Source of the DNA: Chiloscyllium plagiosum
Lineage: Eukaryota
Assembly: GCF_004010195.1 (NCBI RefSeq)
Contig: NC_057712.1
Location: forward strand, 89,697,143 to 89,761,142
Direction of reading: 5' to 3'
DNA length: 64,000 nucleotides
In this document: positions 53,969 through 64,000 of the stretch, one piece after another
Numbering within the stretch: the stretch's first letter is position 1
Layout: each line of letters opens with the position of its first letter
The notes under the pieces: generated by a model
Told to the model about the DNA's origin: nothing
Databases searched by the model: none
The model's input: the letters and a program-made list of their open reading frames with translations, nothing else
Made by a program: the position numbers and the translations under genes

Positions 53969-54049
53969 TATTCTATATTCTGTTCTCTTTTGTTCATGTT
54001 TCATTCGGTACCCTGTTAATAAATTCTAGAAACGTCATCAGAATCTTTG

Positions 54050-54602
54050 GAGATGGCTAAAATTCAATTGAAAATGAAGTAGGTTGAGTTAGAGGCAAAG
54101 AAAACAAGAAAAGAAATGAAACTGTTTGAATTATGATTAAAACAGAAGAAATCCAAAAAGACACAGAGAGAAAGAAAGAGGGAAGAGAGAGAAAGCGAGA
54201 AAGAGAGGGGAAAGGAAGAAAGAGAGGCAGTTTGAATTTCAAAAAGCACTTAGACAGAAAAGTCAGCTTAAAAGGATGGAGTGAAGGGAGAAGGTAAGCT
54301 TAGTGCAGAAGAGGGTGAGGATGAGCAAATCCATCATAACCAAAGGCCTGGTGGAGAATTGTTTAAATATATCCAAGCATTGCCTAAATTTGAGGAGAGG
54401 CTGTAGAAGCCTTTTTCATCTAATTTGAGAAGGTGGCTAAACAAATGAAGTGACCAGTGACCATGTGCATTTTGTTGATGTAAACAAAACCTGTAGTTAG
54501 AGCTAGTGAGGCATTTGCATGACTAGCAGAGAGGTATCTGGGGAATATGAGGAGGTGAAGAAAGCTATCTTAAGTGTATAAGAACTTATGCCAGAAGCCT
54601 AC
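54050..54602 (+). pseudogene. Gypsy (Gmr1-like) gag remnant
   Basis: E/R/K-rich coiled coil, then LPKFEE..VEAFF..FEKVAKQMK*P...YEEVKKAIL...LMPEAY with stops and frameshifts. Confidence 0.8.
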
Positions 54603-54604
54603 AC

Positions 54605-55082
54605 ACTACTGATTGAAACATGAACAGAATATAGAATAACTTAACCTGTCTGAAAACTCAAGTGACGCTATAACAACTTAATGATGCTGTTATGATTTCC
54701 TGCAACATCCCCATAAACACCCCATTGGCAAAAAAAATGTAAAATCAAACACAGATTTTTAAGGGAAAGATGTCAAAGAGAATGTCATCCAGAAAACCTT
54801 TGCTGAATCAGGGAACCTTTCTCCCTATTGGCTTTATTTTACCAGCAGCTTCAAAGTAAACCAAAATAGGAAAATCCCTGAAATGGGAGAACTGGCCACT
54901 CCCCTTTCATTGAGCAAATTTTTTTTTAAAAACCTAAAAGCCCTTTTCCCTGATTGTTGCCTTAGGCTGTATCTGTTGGCCATTATTAAAGTAGTCAGTT
55001 CAGACACCTAGGCACCTCTGCTTTTACAACTCCTCTCAAAAAAAGGATAAAATAACTTTGTTAAAGGAGCAGCATCATCACT
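54605..55082 (-). mobile_element. Gypsy-like LTR in inverted orientation
   Basis: Colinear reverse complement of 52243-52700 plus 53983-54005. Confidence 0.85.
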
Positions 55083-55587
55083 TTGCTGAACTAGTCAATG
55101 GGGAATTTGTACCTACTATTATCATGCAACAAGCTGCATCACATGTAAGACAGGTGCCTCTTTTTATTAAACTGTGATAGTGATTTATCCTTGACCACTA
55201 CTAATTATCTTGTAGTACAGTCACAATAGTGTTCCTACCACTGTACCAGGAGGCCTGGGTTCAAGTCCCATCTGCTCCAGAGATGTGTAATAAAATCTCT
55301 GAACAGATTGATTAGAAAATATCTGGAAAGGAGAATTGATAGCAACACTCTACCCCAAACCACAACCTACTGTTTGTTAGTACTACAATTTATGACAGAA
55401 TAGTCATCTAAGAGATGACAGAGGTTGAGCCACGGACATGGTAAAATGGAGAAAGGATCTAAGGGAGGACAAAGAATAGGTAGGAATAATGGAGGAGTAA
55501 AGTGTGAAAAATCTAGTTTCTGAGTGTGTGTTAGGGAGTTGAGCCGGGGGGTCAGTCAGTCAAGTTCAGTAGGGGGAGCACTTAAAT

Positions 55588-55703
55588 GGCTTATACCTGA
55601 AACATCGGCTCTCCTGCTCCTTGGATGCTCTCTGACCTGTTGTGCTTTTCCAGCGTCATGTTTTTCGACTCTGACCACCAGCATCTGCAGTGTTCACTTT
55701 CTC
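55588..55703 (+). mobile_element. Diverged Penelope pLTR fragment
   Basis: gaaacatcggctctcctgctccttggatgct...ccagcatctgcagt. Confidence 0.75.
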
Positions 55704-56559
55704 TCAATCACCAATGTGTGCCAACCATGAGGGGTGCTGATACATTTTGCTCCCTGACTATATTGGTCTCAACAAATAATAATAATGCACTCATGAATAA
55801 AGCGCAAGATATGAAATGAGAAACATTTTCAAGTAAAAGTTAATTCTGCAAACAGACATTCCCACCTTACTGCTTTCAATAAATCTGGGGTTAGCAGCAA
55901 TGGAGTTAGGTAGGCTTGAACTGTCCATGATGCCAAGTTCCCTGTTTGACTTGGGACTCTTTAATGGCTGCACAGGGTTGTCGCATGATCAGCTGATAGT
56001 GGGTTTCATTGCTGTAAACTTGCCCTGCTTCCTGATTGCCATAAAGTGCTGACACTTTAAATTATGTGGGAAACAGGAAAAAAACAAGTCAGTGGAAGTG
56101 CTGCACGGTTCTGGTTCTGACCTCAGGAACACTGACAAAATTCTGCCCATTATCACAAATAGTTAGTCACCTACCAAAAGGAGACCACCACTAAATACAA
56201 CATTCAGCACTGACTCACTTCAAATTTAGATGGTAGTAAACAAAGTTTATGTTGCACTCTGAATGACTATAACACTGGCAAATTTCTCAGTTACCAGGCA
56301 TTTGTTACTCGGAATTTTGAGATCAAACATTATATGTGCTCAGGGAAAAGCCAATTAAAGGTTTTTGACCTTGCTTTGCCGCTTTGAATTATATATGGCT
56401 GCTTTACCATGGTTTTTTTTCCCTTTTTTAAAAAAAGTCCACCACTTCAGTGACATTTGATGCATTTTGATGTTTGACTGCATCACCTATACCCTGATAA
56501 ATCCTCAGGGCTTAAACAACAAAGTGTCCTTTAAATGTCGGCTGTAAATCAGAATTTAG

Positions 56560-56830
56560 TAGCATCATTTCATGCCTTCCACTCCTGGTGTCTAAGTATT
56601 ATGTGCAACTCCCCTTGTATCAGCATATGAGATTAATGAGCAGACTGTGTGTGTGACAGTGGCCTCTAGGGAAAAGCTAATGGTCTGAAATTGACAGGCC
56701 CCTTTAAGAAGTATTTGTCAGCAGGTTCTTCTGATGATTCTGCTTGATTTCTGAGTAGCTGAAATAACACTGATTCACAGTATGCAATTTCATTAGAAGT
56801 TTAACACATGAAAGAGGTCAATAATGTGTA
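56560..56830. promoter_or_regulatory. Candidate conserved non-coding element
   Basis: Repeat-free with attaat, several TGACAG/TGTCA and ctaatgg motifs; conservation not tested. Confidence 0.3.
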
Positions 56831-57318
56831 AAGAAATTAAACTTATAGAAGTGTTGTGAAGTAACAGTTTGCTTTCACCAGCTTTACTTTTGGCAGGGGT
56901 GCAGAAACTAATTCTTTAGAACAGTGAAACTGAAAGTTGAGCTAAATTGGCTGATGTTAGCATACCTTCCAGAGCATTAAATTGCTTTACACTTTCCTCA
57001 CTATTTGTTTGGGGAAGAGAAATCATGTTGTGATCCGACTTCTGATCAATTGCTAGGGGGCTTTAATTCTATAGGTCACATCCTGGTGTAAAGGTTAAGA
57101 TACATGCTCCTACCCAACACCTTCTACACAAACAAGTGCAAATCACCATTTTATATTGAAGCTTGCTTATGTGATGAAAGGCCACTGAGTTGCTAATGGA
57201 CGTGAAACTGAATCCTAGTCATTGTCTTCGAGAGCAAATTAGGGAGTGAGTGTGTTGATAGGTATGGGCAAGTAGGAATCTATTTACTTATATGTAAATA
57301 AATATTTATATGTACACA

Positions 57319-57510
57319 GGTAAACTTACTCTAGTTCCACTTTCTCATTAGAGAGACGACTGATAGCAAATTTAAACTGAATGTCATCATATCTCAGGTA
57401 AGAGCAAGGTTGAGAAGATGGGACCTTCATGTTAACCTCAGCCAGTGATGAACTGAACTCATGACATTGGCTCACTTTGTATTGCAAACCAGCCATCCAA
57501 CTCACTGACC
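57319..57510 (-). mobile_element. Old tRNA-derived SINE
   Basis: Head matches 33237-33320 (+) and tail matches 9300-9395 (+). Confidence 0.55.
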
Positions 57511-59411
57511 CTGATCATTTGTACGTATATAATTTTGGAACAGATATATCATTGCTTCAGAAGGAAAATGTGAATAAAAATGAATTCAGGTTTAAAATAT
57601 GCCATAACTTTCAGGTTTGTGTTCTGGACATTCGAAACCTAATGTTATCTGCAAATTATTACATTTAAACAATGCAACTATTTTAATATTACTTTGTCAT
57701 AGGCAGCTTATACAGCCCTCAGAAATGTGTCCTTTAAGTCCCTCAACCTTGTGAATCTATAGGTGAGCAAGAGCAAAAGACAGCACTGTCTCAAGCCCTT
57801 TATGTGCTTCAAAGTTAAATGCTTTTATTTCAAGATCCTCCAGACAGAATGATTTGTGAGTGGAATGGAGTTCTGCAGCTCTCCTGTCACTGCCATTTTA
57901 TACATCAGTCAACAAAATTCACCAGCAGAAAAATAAGTTCCCTGGCTCCAGGCACCTATAACACATTGCAGCCAATTGTATTTCTTTAAGCTGCAAACTG
58001 TTTTATGTGCCAAAAAACAGACTTTGATGATTTACATTTTCAGTTGAGTTTGATCACAATACATAGGATTGAGTGCAAATTATAGGACCTTTAAAAGTAT
58101 CAGCATCAAAACTTCCAGTACCAGAGCTGCAGTGACTAATCATGCCTTCTCAGATCTGGTCCTCTAATTACAAATCCAAGATGTTCCAGTTATACATGAA
58201 ACAAGCTGAGATGCTGACATGCGCCATGGCAGTGCTTTAGTTTCCAGGTTCAGCTGGAAATGGGTATCAGACTTTTATCTTTGCTCACAGACAAAGATGC
58301 TCAAAAGTATGGACTAATAATGAGATACGAAGATAAATACCAAGGTGTTCAAAGCAATATTTTATGAATTAATGCTTGGGCCACAAATCTAAATTATTGC
58401 ACTCTCCTCAGTCCCTGACCTTTTCAATGTGGGGTAGAATGACACTGGATGGAATATAGGACGAAAAGATTGACATTTCCACTTGAAAATCTAAACACTC
58501 GATATCTAAGGACATCAATCCTGTATTATTGTATTATATGCATCATTCTGCCCTTTTAACAAGTTTAACTTCCCGGAGACCATTGCAATGGTCCAAACAG
58601 AACTGGGCTTGCAGTGGGTGAATTTCTAAGTAGATTCACACACTCGCCTGTTACAACTGCAGCAGATGAGTGGTAGAGACAATGAAAACCAACAGAAACA
58701 GTCCTAGCGCTTCATTTTTAGGGGGTTCTTCAACTCCTTAAAATGAAGGCTGCAGAGGAGATTTGGGGAAATACCCAATGGAAATTGACTCCCATGATTT
58801 TTGATCATTTAAGCCTATAATTAGCCTTAAAAACGCTCACTCTTATTTATAAATGGATATTTATCTAATCCTTTTTTAAGGAAATTAATTGAGTGAACAT
58901 TTAAAAATTCTGATAGTAGTTTTGCTTTTCCTTTTACCTTTTACATATAGAAAAGAGACAAGTCATAAGACAATGTATCATTTGCTCATTCCTTTTCTCT
59001 GTCCTTCCTTGTTTAAACAGTCTCCCCTGTAATGAAAAATGCAAATCATTTACAAATAGTGCTTTGCTTCTCCACAATTTAATCTCTTTAGGCAGATAGA
59101 GAAACAGTTGGTTATCATGACAGAGAATTGAAACTCAGTTTAGACAAATGTTGTCCACATTGCCAAAAGCTAGCCACAGATTCAAATGTAGGAAAATCTC
59201 CATCAACTTTTCTGAACTTTTCTATATAAATCTTCTGGACTAATCCAGAAAGCTGATATCAGCAAACAAGTCAAGGGGTGTTCGTTTACTTAAGGAGAAG
59301 ACAGTGGGAGTCAAACAATTAATGGAGAGTTCATTTGCCCTAAAAACAATGCAGCAGTTTTTTGGTGGAATCAAGAGAAAAACAGAATACCTAGAAGAAC
59401 AGGTGCTGCAC

Positions 59412-60995
59412 TGGAGGCTGCTAAATTAGGAAAAAGCCCATGGTATTAAAGGCAACATACTGGCATAGATGGAGGATTAACTCTCCAGCAGAAGGCAGAG
59501 ATTGGGATTAAGGATCTTTTTCAGAATGGCAACTGGTGACTAGTGGAGTTCCGCAGAGATCAGTGTTGGGATCTCAACTATTCGGGCTGAACATTAATGA
59601 TTTGGATGAAGGCACCGAGGGCATTATTGCAGATGACACATAGGTAAAGGGACAGGTAATGTTGAGGAAGCAAAGAGGCTGCAGAAGGACTTGGATGGGC
59701 TAGGAGAGTGGGCCAAAGAAGTGGCAGATGGAATACAATGTGGGAAAGTCTGAGGTTATGCACTTCGGAAAGAAGAATAGAAGCATAGACTATTTTCTTA
59801 AAGGCGAAAGACTTAGAAAGTTTGAAGCACAAAGGGGCTCTAGTTCAGGATTCTCTTAAGGTTAACATGCAAATTCTGTTTGCAGTTGGGAAGGCAAATG
59901 CTGTGATAGTATTTATTTCAAGACGGCTAGAATACAAGAGCAGAGCTGTACTACTGAAGCCATATAAGGTTCTGATCAGATTGCATTTGGAATATTGTGA
60001 GCAGTTTTAGGCTCCATATCTGAGAAAGGAGGTGCTGGGATTGGAGGCAGTCCAGAAGAAGTTTACAAGAATGATCTCAGTGATGAAGGATCACGATGAT
60101 TTAGACAAGTTCAGTGAGTGGGCAAAAACATGACAGATGCATATTTTGTGACTTGAGTGTGGAAAACAGAAAGGAAGAGTATCAGTTAAATGGTGAGACA
60201 TTGGAAAGTGTGGTTATACAAAATAATGTGACTATCCTTATACACAAGTCAGTGCAAGTAAATAGGCAGGTATAGCAGACAATTTTGGAAGGAAAATGAT
60301 ATATTGGCCTTCATTGCAAGAGGATTTGAGTTCGGAAGTAGTGTTGTCTGACTGCAAGTATACAGTGCCAGGTGAGATCATACCTGGAGTATTGTGTGTA
60401 GATTTGGTCTCACTTGCTGAGAGAGTATACTTGCCATAGAGGTTAAAAATCACACAACACCAGGTTATAGTCCAACAGGTTTAATTGGAAGCACACTGGC
60501 TTTCGGAGCGACACTCCTTCATCAGGTGATTGTCGGAGCTTCGCTCCGAAAGCTAGTGTGCTTCCAATTAAACCTGTTGGACTATAACCTGGTGTTGTGT
60601 GATTTTTAACTTTGTACACCCCAGTCCAACACCGGCATCTCCAAATCATGCCATAGAGGGACTGAGGGTGTTCACTGGACTGACCAGATTTAACAGGGCT
60701 GACCTGTGAAGAGAGATTGGTTCATCTGGGCCTGTACTCACAAGAGTTTAGAAGGATGAAAGGGACCTGTTTGAAATTGAAAGGTTAACTTATAGAATTC
60801 TCATCACAGAAGGCTGTGGAGGCCAAATTACTGAACATGTTCAAGTAAGTGATAGGCATACTTTTCACATTGAAGTCATCAAGTAATGTGGAGAGAAAGC
60901 TGAAATATGACAATGAGATAGAGGATCAGCCATGAGAATAATGAATGTTGAAGTGGGTTCAACGAGTCAAATGACCTACTCCTGCTTCTAGTTTC
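59412..60995 (+). mobile_element. CR1 LINE ORF2 remnants (two joined fragments)
   Basis: KAHGIKG...[14 protein letters not shown]...INDLD...ADDT RT motifs and 3' UTR. Confidence 0.88.
60443..60648 (+). mobile_element. Penelope-derived hairpin insertion, family B
   Basis: Long inverted arms; TSD tgccatagagg at 60432-60442 and 60649-60659; hammerhead-like core on the minus arm. Confidence 0.85.
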
Positions 60996-62196
60996 TGTAT
61001 ATGTTTGACAGGAGCTGGACAACCATGACAGTGCTGTCTCACTAATTCTCATGGCAATGCAGCAGGCTTGTTGAAGAGTTTACACAAAAAAAAAACCTGT
61101 GTCTATGCATGAAAGATAATTGTACAGGTAATGGAAGTCTTGTTTTTCCAGTTCTTTAAGTTCAGGCAGTATTTCTATGAAATGCAGTTACAAACTTGAT
61201 AAAACCATACAACTTTATCAAACTTTTGTTTTTTGGATGGATGCTGAGGAACTGCAAAGAATTACTAATGGCACATATAGGCTCCACATGACAACTTCAA
61301 AGAACAGATTGGAACTTTGATTACAGAAATGAATCATGGCATTAACAACTTCTCCCCCTGTAGCTGCATAATTTATTAAGTTTGAAACAATCTATGGGAT
61401 ACACAGTTATTTGACTACAGGTAATTGCTGGTACATTAAGGCTATAGAGGACAGCCATAGCTGCTTACTCTATTTAGTAACTAAAGAGGCTCAGAACAAT
61501 ATAATGAAGCATATACTGGCACTAGCATGCCCTCATTATAACCATCAGCATCATTCAATTTAGGTTCAGTTCTCTGAAATAATCAGGGATTGCTGCAGCC
61601 TAAAGAAACACAAAAAGAAATTCAAAATTATTGTTGCATTTTAAATAAATTTATCCTGTAAAGCATTCCGAATGTGTATCATGATGTGAAGCAAATGTTG
61701 AAGACAGGCAAAATCAAATGTCTGGAGATATGTCCTCTCAAATAGCCATTCATCAGTGATTGGCTATTTATGTATCTTATTAGAAACTATAAGATGCAGC
61801 AGTTATTTGCATATATATGCACTACCAGCCAAATAAAAAAAAATCACTCAAATTGCCCTTGGTTTTACACCAGAACTATTGAATGCCATGGAGTTTCTCA
61901 TTGACTATCTGTAGCAAAAGGACTTGCCTAGTCATTGTGCAATGTTGAGTTACATCCCAGTGCCTCACCTTTGTTACATTTTATTGAGATATTAGTGCCA
62001 TTTCATTTTTAAAAATGTGTTCATGGGCTGATGACATCGCAGGCAGGATTTAGCCCATCTCTAATTGTCCAGAGGGCAGTTTAGAGTCAATCACATTGTT
62101 ATGGGTCTGAAGGCCAGATCATGTAAGGATAGCATATTAACTCATTTAAAAATCACACAACACCAGGTTATAGTCCAACAGGTTTAATTGGAAACA

Positions 62197-62231
62197 CACT
62201 AGCTTTCGGAGTGCCGCTCCTTCATCAGGTG
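62197..62231 (-). ncRNA. Minimal hammerhead ribozyme motif (family B)
   Basis: Minus strand cac-CTGATGA-A-GGAG-cggca-CTCC-GAAA-GCTA-gtg. Confidence 0.72.
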
Positions 62232-62310
62232 GTAGCGGAGGGTTCAATCCTAACACACAGAATTTATAGCAAAAATTTACAGTGTGATGTAACTGAAATC
62301 CCTCCACTAC

Positions 62311-62345
62311 CACCTGATGAAGGAGCGACGCTCCGAAAGCTAGTG
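62311..62345 (+). ncRNA. Minimal hammerhead ribozyme motif (family B)
   Basis: cac-CTGATGA-A-GGAGC-gac-GCTCC-GAAA-GCTA-gtg; stem I cac/gtg, 5-bp stem II, palindromic AGCT. Confidence 0.8.
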
Positions 62346-63631
62346 TGTTTCCAATTAAACTATAACCTGGTGTTGTGTGATTTTTAACTTTGTACACCCC
62401 AGTCCAACACCGGCACCTCCGAATCATATTTACTCATGGCTTTATTGGATCAATGAAGGGGGCTTATCTTTATTTGGAAACAAGTTGAATGGTATCTGCA
62501 GCCTTGTGAGAGTCATTGTTCGTCAATGATGACTGCTGAGAATGTTTGTATCGTAAGTGAATACATTCAATACTCCAAAGTAATAAAGGTAACTTTTTCT
62601 GAACATATTTGACAAAGTTTATTCTGCAAGCTTTGTTCCTGTTTGGACAGTAAAATGAAAACAATTCGGTTTTTTTCAGAGTATTGAGAGGAGTGTAATA
62701 AATAGCAAAGATACTTTTCAGACTTGCGCTTAAAATGAGTTAGTAGCCTTATATTTTGAGAGTTGACATATTCTTGATTCCTAAGAACAAGGGAATAATG
62801 CCAAAGGTCATTTTGCATGCACAGTGCTTCGACTACCTTGCGTTTAGTTCAATTTTCTTCTTCATGTGTAAGCCAAAGCAAGCATGTGCTATGAGGTCAA
62901 TGAGGTCAAGATCCAATTATGAGAAGACACTTGAAGTTGGGGATAAATCAATTTGAACAGAGAAGATTAACAGAAAATGTCACTTTTTTTTAAAAAGGTC
63001 TCTTGGAAATTTTACAGTAAATAAGGGAAAGTACATAGGCAACAAAAGAGAGAATTAAACTGGAGTACAAAATGGTTTGGACAGATGTCAAAAAATTAAG
63101 CAAGAGAAAAGAAACTCTGCAAATAAAATTACCAAGACAAAATGTTTTACATACATATTAGCAACAAAAAAAAACAGAATAGGTTTCAGATTACTAAAGA
63201 ATACCAACAATAAGCTCACAGGTGATACCAATAAAATAACAAAAAATTAAATAATTGCTTTGCCTTTGTATTTACAGAACTAAAATGAAGTGCAATAAAT
63301 TAATGAAGAGAGAAAAACTTGATGTAAAGACATTTAAGATGGAACTGGTAAAGATAAATTGAGAAACAATTCAAGCAGAGAGTAAAATATTCTTATGTAG
63401 TTGGATTGCATCTGGTATACAAAAATAACTTAGTGAAGAAATAGTCGAGGGACAAATGCTAATGCATTTATTGAAAGATTCATTAAAAATGTCTATTATC
63501 AATCTATCCATGCCTCTCTAAATAACGATTAATACTGTTCCTCTGATTTTTTTCCCAATTTGTCAAACTAAAGGCCTGACTGGTCTATAGTTATTTTCTC
63601 TATCACTGTCCTCATTTTTAAACAGCCTTCC

Positions 63632-64000
63632 ATAAGACCATGAGAAATACAGACAGGAGTAGGCCATTTGGACCTTCAAGCCTACTCTGCTGTCGAATAA
63701 GATCTTGGCTGATCCATCATTCTCCATGTTAATTTTCCTGACCTTTCCCCAAAGCTCTTGATTTCCTTTACTGATCAAAGACCTATCTTTTTCTGCCTTA
63801 AATATACACAAGGATGTTGCCTCATAGTTCTCTGTAACAAGGAGCTCTAAAAACCCACAACAGAGGAAGAATTCTCCCTCATCTCAGGTCTTAAGTTGGT
63901 ACCCTTTTATTCTGAGACTATGCCCTCTGGTCCAAGACTCTCCCATGAGGTGGAACATCCTCTCAGCATTTACCCTGTCAAGATCCTTAAGACTCCTCTT
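63632..64000 (-). mobile_element. CR1 LINE 3' fragment
   Basis: cataagaccat...ggagtaggccatt tail; ORF 63563-63811 FKAEKDRSLISKG. Confidence 0.85.

Larger units (their letters stand above)
52243..54027 (+). mobile_element. Gypsy-like LTR (3'-truncated) interrupted by a Penelope element
   Basis: Starts TGT; homologous to solo LTR 14144-14689; resumes after 53982 up to aataaa. Confidence 0.75.
62146..62426 (+). mobile_element. Penelope-derived hairpin insertion, family B
   Basis: Inverted arms with ~55-bp spacer; TSD tatt(a/t)actcat at 62135-62145 and 62427-62437. Confidence 0.85.

Noticed and set aside
52651-54019. Long ORFs of 279-437 aa
   Set aside because: Their length comes from the N gap; only the Penelope RT frame before 53172 is meaningful
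1-64000. CRISPR arrays, operons, rRNA or true tRNA genes
   Set aside because: Eukaryotic repeat landscape; no regularly spaced repeat-spacer array or structural RNA gene seen

Overview
Repeat-rich, AT-rich vertebrate non-coding DNA, almost certainly from a shark or ray. This rests on many HE1-type tRNA-derived SINEs and partner HER1/CR1 LINE 3' ends. No intact protein-coding gene is supportable: nearly all listed ORFs are transposon remnants or chance ORFs. Contents: CR1 LINE fragments, HE1 SINEs, a Tx1-like LINE 3' end, Harbinger transposase and Myb-like remnants, a hAT MITE, Gypsy (Gmr1-like) LTR/gag pieces including an inverted LTR pair, and a Penelope-like RT element spanning an assembly gap (N 53173-53815). 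The most notable signal is two families of short, mostly TSD-flanked, hairpin-shaped Penelope-derived insertions carrying minimal hammerhead ribozyme motifs with palindromic helix III (ACGT vs AGCT). Repeat-poor blocks look like conserved non-coding elements. Minus-strand splice signals near 3.2-6.7 kb, including a candidate 12-nt microexon, suggest a large intron of an unidentified gene. All calls were made by eye and boundaries without TSDs are approximate.
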